From Octopus vulgaris (taxonomy: Eukaryota): a stretch of 64,000 bases of DNA. Under the pieces are notes generated by a model. It had not been told where the DNA came from and searched no databases. It worked only from the letters and a program-made list of their open reading frames with translations. The stretch covers positions 110,546,001-110,610,000 of the forward strand of contig OX597815.1 in assembly GCA_951406725.2 (NCBI GenBank). The letters are read 5' to 3'. This document shows, piece by piece, positions 27,418 to 41,938 of the stretch (positions are counted from its first letter, which is position 1; each line of letters begins with the position of its first letter). The position numbers and the translations under genes were made by a program.

Positions 27418-29630
27418 TGTGAGAACGCCAATTAATGTCTAGATTTCAACATAAATAAATAAATAAATATTTAACTTCAAGAAATTCTTTACAGGGCAGC
27501 GTATGCAAACTGATGTAAATTAAATAAAGATAGTTAATAAATGTATTTGCGGCAGTTCCGTTTCTCGGTAGCATACGCAAAAAATAAAAAGGGAAAAAGC
27601 CAAAAGAGGAAAGCAGTTTTCTGGTTTTGATATTCTGCAAGTATATGCCTCTCAAAATTTTGGTATCCTTTTATCTCTGTGTATGAACCCAGATCTGCTG
27701 AGTATATTTTCAAATGGTTTGTGTCATTCTCATAGAATGCACGCTCTAAATTGAAAAGTTCTCAATCATTGAGATCATCATCACCTGCTCTTAATTTGAG
27801 ATGTCTTCTTCACTGAGACCCATTCCATCATATGAACTAATTTTTAGGCTCACACTAGTCCATGGAACAAACAAACAAAAACAAAAAAGAAAGATGGAAA
27901 GAAAATGTATTTCTATAGAATTTCTGATTTACAGGTAGGATATCATTTAAATGGGTACATCAGCATTGGTTTTAATTTTATGTTTGTATGCGTGTATGTA
28001 TATTTTAGGAGATTCTTGTGTCCGATCACCCTTAACTGCTACTGGTAACTAGCAACCGAGTACAACCTGTTGCATAGTCGATTCATTGGTTGTTAAATCG
28101 TCAACACCACAAGACCAGCTTGATGAGGGGCGTAGCTTTTTGGACACCTTGGGGGATAAAAAAATCAATGCACTTTAAAAGGTGGATGAAGTCATTATTT
28201 AACGACTATCCAGTTTGTGTGCAAATGTGCTTCTTTCAAATCCCTGCTGATTTCTATGCATCCTTTGGTGGGGAAATCTACGAGAAGACTCTGAAATCAA
28301 ATCTGCTGTTGATGTAGCTGCCTGTCATGCAATGCTTGTCACTAGATTTTAGTTACTAATATTAAGCGAGTGGGATACGTGTTGTACAGGAGTATGCTAA
28401 TTACATTCGGTGACGTACAGATGTCTCATTTCATCTTGTTTCTCTATTGAAGTCCCAGAGCGATAACAGAGTAGCGACGTGTGTAGACTTAACCAGAGAT
28501 GTTTTGAATTTTATCTGTTACATAGCTTGAGGCCTTTCATGTCATGTTTTAAGAATAATCTTGGACTACACAAACATAATGTATTGGTATGGTGTCGATT
28601 GAAACGTTTATCATTTGTCAAGATGAAGAGAATCGCGTTCAGTCAATTCATGGTCAGTATCCAAATTAAAATACCGCCTGCTTATTAAATGGTGCTTAAA
28701 GAGGATATTGAACTGGCATTAAATATTATAACCTTTATCTATCTATTATTTTTGAGGAGAGGGAAACGATAAAAACTTAAATATATTATCAAAAAGAAAA
28801 CAAACGAATGAACTGTATTGGACTGTATTGAACTGTATTCAATAAAAGTGTTAAACGATCATTAACCAGTTTGAACCCAGATTGTAATTTTCTTACCTTC
28901 GGCAAGTTTTATTAAGCATTCGTTTTTAAAACAATTTCGTTTTGTTAGCTTTGAAATTTGAGAATCAAAATAACTCATACTCTAATTTTTGTTTCCCAAT
29001 TTGTCGGGATATCTCGCTGCAGCACTACGTTCCGTACTTGCATTTTCTTCAATAAACCTAAACATATAGAATCCAGATAGTTTTTGGATCATCAGGAATT
29101 TTTAATGTGGCAGTAGTGTTTCGTTTCATTACTACAGTGTACTACAGACATACCTATAGTTTTTGCTGTCTTATAGCGAACACTTCGTGTTACGATAACT
29201 GTTAACGATTCATCCATACACAATGTCAGTAGATAGGAAAAGTGAAAGAACAGTTGTACACGTATTTCGAGTCTTCTTGGAATCGTCATAGGTAACTGTG
29301 TACTGTCTCCCCTTATCTACAAACACGCTGCTTATATAACCACTAACGTTAGAGGTTACCTTAACCTCCAATTCATATGTTTCAATAGTTTCCTAGTTTG
29401 CTAGATCAAACATTAAATGTCTGGTGAGTGAAGCGCTTCGTTTTATTGCTAATACATATTGTAAAATACGTCTATAGGTTTATCCAGTTTACTGTATCTC
29501 TTAATATTGTGCTTGAGAAGGCACATTTATAGCTGATGGCACTTCTAGTAAGAACTGATTCACTTTTTCTATCCACGGACATATTGTATAAATGAACCCT
29601 ATACATTCTTTACAATCTATTGTGTTGGCT

Positions 29631-29706
<76 letters not shown>

Positions 29707-30445
29707 TGTGTTCTAGGAAATGTTTCATTTGCTTCTACTTCAGTTCTGGTTGCTTACATTTGTTTAATTTGCCATACTGAAAACAAACATGACAACCTTC
29801 GTCGAGATGATTAAATGAAATATTCGATCAAAATTGGTCGGGTGCCTTTAATTTCAATCATTACGCTTCCGTCTCTTATTCTAAAATTCCATGATATGTC
29901 AGTCCATGCTCTTTATAAAATTTCCCGTCCTGAATATTATGCACTGTTGATTCCCTGATAACGTCATCTCAGTCCACTTTTGCTTTGATAGCTAAGACAG
30001 TTAGTTATTGAAAATTTTACAAAGTCCACGTGTGTTAAAGCAACGAATCAGAATAATATTTTCGGTAGTAGGAGAAAAAGAATCAAAACTTAAGATTAAC
30101 TTATACCGCATTATTCATTTATTATTTCCCTTTAAAGTACAAGAGCGGTGAACGGGCAGACTCGTTAGAAAGTCGGGCAATATAACTGCCGGTATTTGTT
30201 TGAAAAATGTAGTATCTTCTTTCCTCTGCTAATCAGTAGACAGACTTTTTGCAAGGATGAAAATAACAAATATTAAGTTTTTTTTTTTTTGTTTTTTACA
30301 TAAATACTGTCATACATTTGTTACTTAGTGACATTGATACGATAAAATAGCAGATAAATTATTTGAAAGTTAATGAAAATTGACGAAATATTTTTCAAGC
30401 CATTGTACAAATCGTTTATAAAATCCCTAATATCTCTAACAAATA

Positions 30446-30570
30446 GTGGCAAAGTCATTAAGCCATCAGGAGAAATGTCTTGTAGTATTTATGCCGACTC
30501 TGCGTTCTGAACTCAAGTCCCCATGGTCAGCTTTACTTGTCATCTTTTCGGGATCGATAAATAAAGTAGC
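30446..30570 (+). mobile_element. SINE family B fragment, diverged
   Basis: gcgttctgaactcaagtcccc..tcatcttttcgggatcgataaataaagtagcag. Confidence 0.55.
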
Positions 30571-30842
30571 AGCCTAGAGCGTTGGAAAGGCGAGTGTTTT
30601 AGAGTGTTAAATAGGATTCCTGGTCGCATTTCTTCCTGCTCTTTGACGTCGTGGAATACGTGAGTGTTAGATTTAATAATCTCCCGATTTAAAACTTGTA
30701 CCTGATTCATGGTTACCTTTAACTGAATCCACTTCGCAAACATTCGGGCCAGGTCCCCAGTTTGAGATTCCCCTTACTCTCTCCTTCCCGAAAAATTCCT
30801 GAAAGTTGACTCTGTTTTCCCTCGGGACTAACTGCTAAAATA

Positions 30843-31059
30843 ATATTGGTTTCAAATCTTGGCACTTGGCCAACATTTTCGGGGAGGTACAAGTCGATTA
30901 CATCAAGCCCAGCACTCAACTGGTACTTATTTTATGGAGCCCGAAAGGATGAAAGGCCAAGTCGACCTCGGCAGAATTTGAACTCAGAACATAAAGACAG
31001 ATGAAATGTCGCTAAGCATTTTGTCCGGCGTGCTAACTATTCTACCAGCTAGCCGCCTT
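30843..31059 (-). mobile_element. SINE family B
   Basis: cccgaaaggatgaaaggccaagtcgacctcggcagaatttgaactcagaac..ccggcgtgctaactattctaccagctagccgcc. Confidence 0.8.
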
Positions 31060-31923
31060 GACCGCTAAAATAACATTAAAACTGAATTAATTCAGCCTTA
31101 TCCCCTCATTGCTTAATTTCGTCTTAAAAAGGCTGAATCATCTCACTTGTTACTCGTATCAAGACGCGATCCATACTTGAAGACACAGACAAGTTACGCC
31201 CTCAACTGTAAGACACTTTTTTATATTTATCTATGCTTGCTATTTCAGGAATACTTTCATATTATATTTTCTCGGATTATCGTGCCAAATCTTCTAATTA
31301 CATCATCCACGATATGCATAAAAGTTATTTTTAGCTTGCATTTACCTCGAGATAGACATCTTTAAATCGTAGCCACTCCTGTTAATAGTTAGTTAATCCA
31401 CACAAAACAACTACTAAAACATAAACTTAAAACTTTTGTAGCAAAGTGTCTTTTGTGTAAGCACCCACAAATATACAATTTTCTAAATCCTACACATCTT
31501 GTTTATAGCTATAATCCTTTGTTCGACTCTGTATGCAGATGTTATCATTTTCAAGGGGTTCTTTTTTTATAGTTGTTTCCATCTCACGCCTACATTTTAT
31601 TTTTATTACATTGTACATAGCTTATATATATATATTATTGGGAGAGAGAGAGAAGGTGAGAGAGACAGAGACAAACAGATAGACAGAGAGATAAACCACG
31701 AGAGAAGCTCAGCCTACATAATAAATGCGGTCGTTTTTTTTTAAAGATTTAACGTAGCTAACACACATAATTCGTTCATATTAAATTCGCACCATCTCAC
31801 ATATAGAACACAATTTCATTTCTAAAAATAAAACAATAAAACTAATAACAATAATAATACTTATTCAGTGGCTTACATGCTCATACAATCGAAATCTTTG
31901 TATGTGTGCGTATGCAACGTTTG

Positions 31924-31965
<42 letters not shown>

Positions 31966-32031
31966 TATGTACAAACATATATATATATACATATATACAT
32001 ATATATACACACACACATATATATGCATACA

Positions 32032-32098
<67 letters not shown>

Positions 32099-33368
32099 AC
32101 ATATATGTACATATGTTTGTGTGTTTGTGTGTGAGTGTGTGTGCGTATGCGTGTTTGAATTTAATACATACCCGATAGAGCTACTACTAGTTTCATGCTT
32201 TCGTGATACTTTAACTTGACGTCTTTGTAAAATACATCATGTTAAATATATCCTAAAAGCATAAAAACCGTTATGTATTAAATTGATATTTATCTCTCAC
32301 TGGATGGAGTTCTATGCTGGTTGATTCTACCTATATTGGATACACACACACACACGGATAGATGCCACAACTCTCGTAGTAACTATGAAAATAGAGTGAG
32401 TAAAAGCAAATTGAAAGAACTGAAGAAAAGAGGAATAGCAAAAGAGAAGGTGGATAAAAACCTTTTTAAAAAATAGTGTTAGGTTGTTTATCTAAGTTGT
32501 TTATTTACAGATATAGCAATAATGAAACTCAGAAATCTTGTAATTTAGGAACAAGAAACATCTCTCACGTTATACTTTACAAATATAAAAGTAAATTGTC
32601 TGTCGTGTCCTTCCACTATTTAAGATGTTTCAAGGAGATACGAAGGAAAATTAACCAATAGCTAATGTTTCTAGTACGTTGATTAAACACATATACGCTC
32701 CCACATGGCTTCGAACTCTCTAATTTCTGTCAATTGAAGTCTTACTCTTTATAATTGAAAATTTATCTTCAATAGACGGGAGAAGATTTTGTAGAGTTCG
32801 CTTCTTTGAAATAGACACAATCTATATTTAGTTGTAGCCAGCATATGACAACAAAAATGTTTCTCTCCAAATATAAGTTTTTACGTGAACAAACACACAC
32901 ATCTGCATATATATATATATGTGTGTGTGTGTGTGTATGTGTGTCTGTGCGTGTGTGCGTGTATATGTGCACACACACATACACACATATATGTGTATAC
33001 TGAAGAGAATTTTTGTGAAAGGCCGGAACAATGCGAGAAGGTACAAAGTAAACTACAAAAGGAAAGAGAAAATAAAATAAAATAAAACAAAGTTGTAGTT
33101 TTACCTTGTATGTCTATAATTCAGTGTTATAACAAACAAACTTACTACATACAAATATATTTCATTTCAGTGTATTGACACTCTGCCCTCTACCTAACAT
33201 AAAAACACTGCACGTAAGCACTGTTATATGTAAATAACTTTTCAGACACATGTGCATAGGCATGTGTGCGTATTTGAGCGCGCGCGTGCTTGTGTTTGTG
33301 TTCGTGTATTCATGTGTATATAGTTGTGGTCAAAGTTGGGTCAGTATTAGCAGAAAAAGCCACGAGCG

Positions 33369-33469
<101 letters not shown>

Positions 33470-34078
33470 TTGGGGGAGAAATTAAGTTTCTGCAATTTCT
33501 AAAGACGTGAATGTTTATAAGTTTATTTAGAGATAATCTATTTTTTTCGAGGCCTTCACTTGCTCTCTTCTTCACCATCATCTCAACAACAGCGAGAACG
33601 ACAACTACTACTACTATTACCATCATTGTTATCAATGAAATATATAATAGGGCCGCATAACACAGCACGAGGGTGGGAGCAGTTTAAGGAGATAGTCATT
33701 GTATATATCAAAAATACAGGTGATTGTTAAACGAATAAAGCTGTCTCGAAAAGTTACTTGCTAGTTGCCTAGATAACCACCTAGTTTCTTAGATAGCTAA
33801 ACTAGCTCACAGACATAGTTAGTTAATTTATTATTGATCTATTAGCTGTTTTAAGTTGTTAGATAGTGTTGCTGTTAGATGTTGTTTATCGCTTACACTA
33901 TAGAAAAGCCATTTCGTCAAAGATCATTTTCAGATCTGATACTGAAGGGATACACGAAGGGATCATCCCAATCTTAGACCTGGCTCGAATGCTTCTAACA
34001 AGAATAGACCCTGCTCAAGATATGTACGAGCTTGGTGGTGCTTCTAGAGTAGGTAACGGATTAAGCCGACCAATAAAG

Positions 34079-34421
34079 TGAAGGCGCATGGCTCAGTGGT
34101 TAGAGCGTCGAGCTTACGATCGTGAGGTTGTGAGCTCGAATCTCGGACCGGGCTGCGTGTTGGGTTCTTGAGCAAGACACTTTATTTTTTTCACGTTGCT
34201 CCAGTTCGCTCAGCTGTAGAAATGAGTTGCGACGTCACAGGTGCCAAGCTGTATCGGCCTTTGCCTTTCCCTTGGATAACACTGATGGCGTGGAGAGGGG
34301 AGGCCGGTATGCATGGGCGACTGCTGGTCTTCCATAAACCACCTTGCCCAGACTTGTGACTAGGAGGGTAACTTTCTAGTTGCAATCCCATGGTCAGTGT
34401 CGTGACCGAAGGGAGTCCCCC
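34079..34421 (+). mobile_element. tRNA-derived SINE family C (RTE-tail/Ceph-SINE-like)
   Basis: Head ggcgcatggctcagtggttagagcgtcg..gagctcgaatctcgg (A/B boxes); body ends catggtcagtgtcgtgaccgaaggg; near-identical to 54624-54963. Confidence 0.85.
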
Positions 34422-35180
34422 GAAAGTAAGCAACAGCGGAATTTGAACTCAAGACGCAAAGAGTAGCCACAAATACCCCATAAAATACCATCTGGCGCGC
34501 TAACGACTCCGTCACCTCACCACCCTGCGTTGTTATTTTGTTTATGAACCCTCCAGAAGAAGAAGAAGACAAAATTATTATATATCGAGTAGTAACATTA
34601 TCTATCACGTCCCTTCGTTTTTAAGAGAGTAGGGAGTATTTTCAATAGTAGGGTTACCGTTATTTCTGGAATGGCATTTGATCAAATAGAGAATCAGTGC
34701 GGTTCATGATTACACATGTTAAGTAGCCCTTGATTTTACCTATCATTCCCTCGTTAACAGCATCCACAAGCAAATAGAAATACACATATGCACGCGTGCG
34801 CGTATTTGTAGTTTTATGAGAAACATATTCAATATATAGAATGTAGTTTTACCTGTAGAGTTAAATTGGTTGTTTCCTTCAATTGATTTATATGTTTTAG
34901 GAAATCATAACCAATTGGAAGGCGATAACATAAAACACACGCTGAAGTCACATGGTACAACTGTCCAATCGGCCGGTGCTGACGAAATTTCGTCCGCCGA
35001 TATAACCTGTGCTTTTTAGCACTTAATGTCTTTACGAGATGATTTCTCGGGAAGCTTACGGCATTTAAACAATACATCCAAGACGAGCAGGATGTGCAAA
35101 TTAACATTCGTTACAAAGGCAACGTCTGTCACTAATAATTAATATGCATGCTTACATACATACATATATGCATGCATGCA

Positions 35181-35843
35181 TTATTACTGAGGCATGATAG
35201 AGTTGCGAAAACTATTTACGATGCTATCTTCAGGAAGGTCTGCCATGTCAGAGCCAGCAGCTATTCACGCCTTTAAAAAGAAAGAATACTGATGGAACAC
35301 CCCAATAAAACCCCCAATTCTTTGCAATCATAACAGAATTGATGTTGTTCCGTGGAACAAGGAACAGACGTCATGCTCTGTTGTAGAGATTAGCTGCCCA
35401 GCGGATGCGAATGTACAATCAAAAGTCCAGAAAAAAAGGGAACGCTTATTGTGAATTAACGCGGAACTTGCAGCTCTAGTACTCTGATTATGAATTCTCA
35501 TTTATACCTACCATCATAGGTGCAGTTGGTTATGTACCAACAAATATGCACAAAAACCTGGAAATACCCGGTTTCGCAAAGAAAAAGCAAAAGAAATTGA
35601 TGTGGATTCTCCAAATCCAATCTATTAGCGGTACAGTTAATGTTTGTAAGACATTCCAAAAATTCTCCTGAGATTCTTATGTGAATAAAGGCATACACTT
35701 GGGTGTATGCATTGACAGTTCAACCAGTACACCAACTCAACTACACATTTAGAAACACCTGGAACCCTCTTAACTTAAAAATGTTTGTCCCTTTGTTAGT
35801 GACCGGCGTGAACTCTCTCAAGAACATAAATTAAGCTCAATCA
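35181..35843 (+). mobile_element. 3' fragment of RLE-endonuclease non-LTR retrotransposon (family 1)
   Basis: Degenerate translation LRHDRVAKTIY..WNTPIK..HNRIDVV..VVEISCPAD..K..Y..FIPTIIGAVGYV..IQSISGTVNVCKTFQKF, stop 35669-35671: the RHD / PD-(D/E) RLE C-terminus. Then a 3'UTR and (TACA)n; TACA-like repeat on the 5' side. Confidence 0.8.
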
Positions 35844-35844
35844 A

Positions 35845-35974
35845 ATACATACATACATACATACATACATACATACATACATACATACATACATACATAC
35901 ATACATACATACATACATACATACATACATACATACATACATACAAACATACATACATACATACATACATACAT
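35845..35974. repeat. (TACA)n microsatellite between two RLE fragments
   Basis: Direct inspection. Confidence 0.95.
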
Positions 35975-35979
35975 AAATA

Positions 35980-36370
35980 TATACTATCCAAATTACAACT
36001 TCAAGTTTATGCCTGTAATTATTGGGGCCCTGGGATATGTAACACACTGCCTAAATACCAATATCGAGAAATTGAGCAAATCAAAACCAGAAAGGAGAAA
36101 GCTAATTCGAAGACTACAGATCCAATCCTTCACTGGAGCTGTAAAAATTTGTAAAACTTTCCAGAAAATTATATATAAGTATGTCTAGATATGCAACTAT
36201 AAACATGAGAATATATCTATAAAGCAAAACATACAAATTTGCACATATACATAATTACAAAAATACCTCGTTGTTAATGTTGACATTCCAATGAAGGAGC
36301 TTTGGATCTAGGTTAGAAACCAGCTCTTTCTCTATTGGCAAGAAATCTTGAAATGCAACTGAACAATGAC
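35980..36370 (+). mobile_element. 3' fragment of RLE non-LTR retrotransposon (family 2)
   Basis: [50 protein letters not shown], then a 3'UTR ending ggcaagaaatcttgaaatgcaactgaacaatgac(atac)n; (TACA)n on both sides. Confidence 0.8.
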
Positions 36371-36818
36371 ATACATACATACATAATTTAATACGGCTCC
36401 TTATCGTGCTATATGACCCAAGGAACACCTAGAAACGAAACTCGAAAAACAGGACAAGAATTTGCGCTAAATTTTGAATGTTAGTAAGAAATCAAATATA
36501 GGCGTTTCTCGTTCTGGGGGTAATTAGTTCTTTTTTCAATCGTGAACTGATCGAACGTTTCGTGAAATTTCAAATAGCGGCTGAAAGTAACAGCTGATAC
36601 ATATAAATGTGTGCGTATGTTTATGTGTGTGAATCACTGAGTAACGAGTGTGAGAAACTTAGAATTTTCATTGTTTTCGTTGTGGTTGTCAACAGTCATC
36701 ATCATCATCAAAGTGTATATACCAGCTGAAACGAATACGTAAGCAACAATGGCTACGACGAAAGAGCCACAGTATCATCAGCAATAGTAGCCATAACAGT
36801 AACAACAACAATAACAAC

Positions 36819-36850
<32 letters not shown>

Positions 36851-37566
36851 CAGAACAAAACCAACAGCAGTAACAGTAACAGTAGTACTAGCAATATTAA
36901 CAAATATTAGCAATGTTAGCAATATTAGCAACAGTAGCAATAGCAACATCGACACTGAGCAACGATAATAGCTAAAACAACAACTGTAAAGGCAGCATCG
37001 ACGGTAGCGACAATCAACGTCAGTAGATTATAAAAAGAAAAATATCCATATTGTTTTGGAGACTATGGTTTTGAAATATCCCGGGTAATGATGAAGAAGA
37101 TTGTTTAAAGGGGTGGCAGCCAGACAGCAATTGTAAAATCTCCACGTGGTGGCGTCGGTGTATTTAATAAGAGGGTGAACTTACTGGAGGAAAAAAAAAA
37201 AGAAAGAAAAAGGTGTTCTTTGCGACAAGCTTCTCTCAGACTCATAGAACAAAAGAATTTCTGCTCCCGTAAATGCATAGATTTGATCTGATAAGACAGT
37301 TTTGAGGTCTTTGTCTCTTTTGTATTTGCAATTACAACATGTTCTCAATGTTGTTGTTGATGTTGTTTTTATGAAGATGGAGTTTTATTTATAAATTTCC
37401 TTAGTTTTCACCTTTTCTTCTTTCTGTCACTTTTCTTTTTCTTTTTCACTCCCTGTCCTCTTAAACAAACTGCAGTTTTTATCGTTCGTTTTCTCAAATC
37501 CATTGCCCAAACATCCGATTTTTTCCACTTCTTTCACCTCTCCCTTTTTTTCTCTATTTCCTTCAC

Positions 37567-37604
<38 letters not shown>

Positions 37605-37949
37605 TTCTCTGTTTCTCTCTCTATTTCTTGCTACCGATTACTTTAACCATTTAGCTTAGCCACAAAACCAAAACCAGGATTGCTAGATTTGCTCAAAATC
37701 CCCCTTAATTCACACACGCTAGTCTTTAAAAATATTGTACTATGATGCTGCAATACACTACATCTTATATAAACACAAGATTGTCAAAACTTTAAGGTTT
37801 TTTTGGTCATAATTTCTCCTCGGCAGGAGTTAAAAGTTCTTTAAATAATGCCAACCAATCATTTCATGATGAACCAGTTCTATATATTTTCTTTCTCTTT
37901 TACACCACACTCTCCTTCTGCGTTCCCCACAAACATGCACACACACACA

Positions 37950-37999
<50 letters not shown>

Positions 38000-38336
38000 C
38001 GTATGAACATATGCTCACTCCTGTGTTTTGTTCACTAACGTTCTCATCTTTCTTCCGTTTCGTATATCTAATTATATTTTCATTCAGTATAAATGTTGAA
38101 ATCTTTCCATGGCAAACAAAGGCAGTTTTTGGAACACGATATAATAGTCTTACTACGTGTACTAGCTACACACTCACACAGACATGCATTATGAAAACAT
38201 AGGCAGACATACAGACATACGTATATATGCGTGTGTGTAAGTATATAGATACGTAGATCTCTCTCTCCTCTCTCTCTCCTCTCTCTCTTTCCCATCTCTT
38301 TCTTTCTGTCTGTCTTTTTCTCTCTCTCTCTCTTTT

Positions 38337-38394
<58 letters not shown>

Positions 38395-38423
38395 CATAAA
38401 CATATAATATATACATGCATGTA

Positions 38424-38460
<37 letters not shown>

Positions 38461-40094
38461 TTTATATGTATTCATCCAAATATATGTATGCAATATAAAT
38501 ATGTGTGTGTGGTGTATGTATGTGTGTATATATGTATGTATGTCTATACAAACGCACGATGTACTGTGTTCATTACACAATAAAGTCTTCATTTATTGAA
38601 TTTCTTTGTTAGTGAAAGGAACCAAACTCTTAGCGTTAACCTCTTTCAACATTTCGCGAGAAGGGGGATAATTTCAGAAGGAAGTGAATAATGGAATTCA
38701 TGTGTAAATTTGCATGCATATCGAAAGGACAGCCTGATCTGTGTTTGAAAGCAAGGGTCAGTTATGGACACATACATCGGTCTTTTCGATCTCGTCAGTA
38801 TAGTATAGTCTAGACATGTACTATGTCTGTTTTATCTGAGTCCAAATAAGATATTTGTTTACTTTTGACCAAGTTTATTAAATTAATTAGGCTAAAACAA
38901 TCCATAACACTTGTAGAATTGTCTTGATGTGAGACATGGGCATACTTAATAAATAAATAAATAAATAAATAGATAGATAAATAAATAAAAATAATCAACG
39001 CTATGAAATTGTCAGCATTACCTGGAACGACTGTCAGACCAACCAGACCATATTAGAATAACGTAAAATGTCGGTTAGAAAGAATGATATACTCAAAGCA
39101 ACATTAAAATGACGAAAATTACAGCGGTCCCTTAAATTCAGTAGAATAACTGGATTACTTGCAAATATGCTGTAAAACGGTAAGTGGGTGATGAAGGAGG
39201 AGCTGGCTCAATGATATTAAGGGGTGAACTGGGATCGGAACATTAAAATATATTATGAAAGCCCTTTGACGAGAGGAGTGGAAAATATTGGTTATAAATT
39301 GCCAGAGCTCCAGCGGTAGATGTTCTGTGCGAATGATTTGATTTGATTCAATCGCACTTCACAGCGATGGATCAACGCGTGCACTGCTTATACAAGAATA
39401 CCTTAATGCACAATTTAAATAGATGCTGTTAACAGTATGAATGGAACCAAATTTCCCTTTGTCTCACAGATGGTCACGGTTAGAATATCTTTGTTCACAT
39501 ATTATGCCTGCTTTACCAGAGCTCACCCGAGGCTGAATAACAGCAGCAGTAGAAACTGCAACAATAAAGTAAACCTCAGTGGTAAAGTTGGCAGTTTGAA
39601 TGACAGGTACAAGGGAACGGATTCCACCCAGGTTTCTGTTCAGCCTCCGAGGTTATGGTGAAACAGACTTTTCCTGAGCAGCCCAATGAGATATCCACTT
39701 GGAACCTCATGATTAAAAAGAGAGTGTTTTCACTCTAGCCAAAACACAGTAAAACATAAAACATTTATTTCACAGTTGATCTCCAAAACTACATAAGAAG
39801 TATCTTTATATGTATAAATACAATTTTTAAATTTGATTGCTAGAAAACAAATAAATAAAGATTGATAAATCACTGTTGGCTAAAGTTTTATGATACATTC
39901 CCTGGTATAGTATAACTTTGGCTAATATCTATAGGGATGTGCTTTAGCATACGATAGCATCATAATCAGAGAAAGGAAAAAGAAAATGTTTTAACTAGGA
40001 AAAGTTATAGGTCAAAAATGCATGATTTCTGCTAAGAATTCATCGCAGGCATCAATATATCTAGAATATATATATTATACATACATACATACAA

Positions 40095-40125
<31 letters not shown>

Positions 40126-40132
40126 CACACAC

Positions 40133-40165
<33 letters not shown>

Positions 40166-40198
40166 CACATATAATATATATACACATACATACATACA

Positions 40199-40256
<58 letters not shown>

Positions 40257-41522
40257 CATATATATATACATACATATATATATACATACATATATATACA
40301 TATATATATATATATATCTTGTATCTTTATAATTTAATACAGTATCACTTAACCAAAATCATTCATGCATATACACAAGCATAAATATATTCATAGCTAC
40401 ATAGAAACATTCATATTAACACAATATTTTTTAAAATAAAACATTGATTGAATATAAATCACCTTGGCATATATGTATATCGATATGTTTGAAATAAATA
40501 CGATTGATTTTAATGTAACTCTTTTGTCGCAAGTTTAGAGAGTTTATTGGATAAAACTATCTTTTTATACCACCAGTACATGGTCATTTTGAGACAATTA
40601 ACTATTTTTGGCTCTCGCTGTATGTATACTCACATACATCAATACATACACACACACATGCATATATACATACGTACATACATAAATACGTACATACATA
40701 CATACATACATACATACATACATACATACATACATACATACATACATACGTACATCCGTTTAGTGTTAGCTGTCAGAGAAAAGAGAGCTCAATACCATAG
40801 AAGAGGTAGCGGTATTTTATTTTGGTCGTGTCAACCTTTTGCTACTCTGAGTTTCATCTCTAGACACAGAGTATCTTCAGGCAAGTCGTGAGTGGAACAT
40901 TGATAGAGTTTGCACATTTACTTATAGTTATAGTTTTTCTACTCTATGGGTGTGAGGGTAGGGGAAAATTATGATAAGGTGTGGAAGGGGAGGAAACCAG
41001 GAAGGAAGAAAGGAAGAGGAAAAAAGAAAAATGGGGAAAGAGGGGTAAGGGTGAAACTATTACTCTCTTCCCTTCTCCCTCGTTTTCCCTCCTCCCTCTT
41101 TCTTTCTTCCCTACTATCTCCCCCCCCCCCACTTTATAAGACTCTCTCCCCATCATCGCACTAGGAAACTTATAACTATATATATTAATGTCAGAACAAC
41201 ATCAATTTTCCAGCCACACCTTGCCTAAAGGTCCTGTATGTCTACAGGTGAAAATCAGAATAGCTAGAAGCCAACTCGACCAAAATAAAATATACACGCA
41301 TATACATAAATTTATAACATGTCACGGGTTCGATACTACTGCGTGGCATCATGGGTAAGTCTAGTCCATCATGATCTCGTCCCAGCATAAGGCTTCATGA
41401 GGAAACTGGGTTGGTGCAAACTGTGCTGCGGCCTGGCAAACACACTGGGGTCATACTGATTCATTCTAAGTTTTAAGGTAAGAGCACAAACGTCTGTGCA
41501 TTACTCAAACACTTAAGTATAT

Positions 41523-41938
41523 ATTTCTTAACTACCCACAAGGGGCTAAACATAGAGGGGACAAACAAGGATAAACAAAGGGATTAAGTCGATTACATCG
41601 ACCCCAGTGTGAAACTGGTACTTTATTTATCGACCCCGAAAGGATGAAAGGCAAAGTCGACCTCAGCGGAGATCGAACACACAAGGTAACGCAGACGAAA
41701 TACCTATTTCTTTATTACCCACAAGGGGCTAAACACAGAGGGGACAAACAAGGACAGACATAGGTATTAAGTCGATTACATCGACCCCAGTGCGTAACTG
41801 GTACTCAATTTATCGACCCCGAAAGGATGAAAGGCAAAGTCGACCTCGGCGGAATTTGAACTCAGAGCGTAACGACAGACGAAATACCGCTAAGCATTTC
41901 GCCCGGCGCGTTAACGTTTCTGCCAGCTCACCGCCTTT
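41523..41938 (-). mobile_element. Dimeric SINE family B (Nin-domain-like) with 16-bp TSD
   Basis: Full monomer 41705-41936 plus 5'-truncated monomer 41523-41704; central gtcgactttgcctttcatcctttcggggtcgataaa resembles the Nin domain; aaacacttaagtatat at 41507-41522 and 41939-41954. Confidence 0.88.

Noticed and set aside
27600-28700. Possible decayed transposase region
   Set aside because: Complex sequence, but no motif recognisable by eye; needs a translated search.
34079-34155. tRNA gene (also 54624, 15780)
   Set aside because: A/B boxes continue into multi-copy SINE bodies; no complete cloverleaf or terminator.
36689-37030. Hydrophobic or polyQ/N-like ORF
   Set aside because: Degenerate CAA/CAG/TAG trinucleotide sequence with stops; no splice or homology support.
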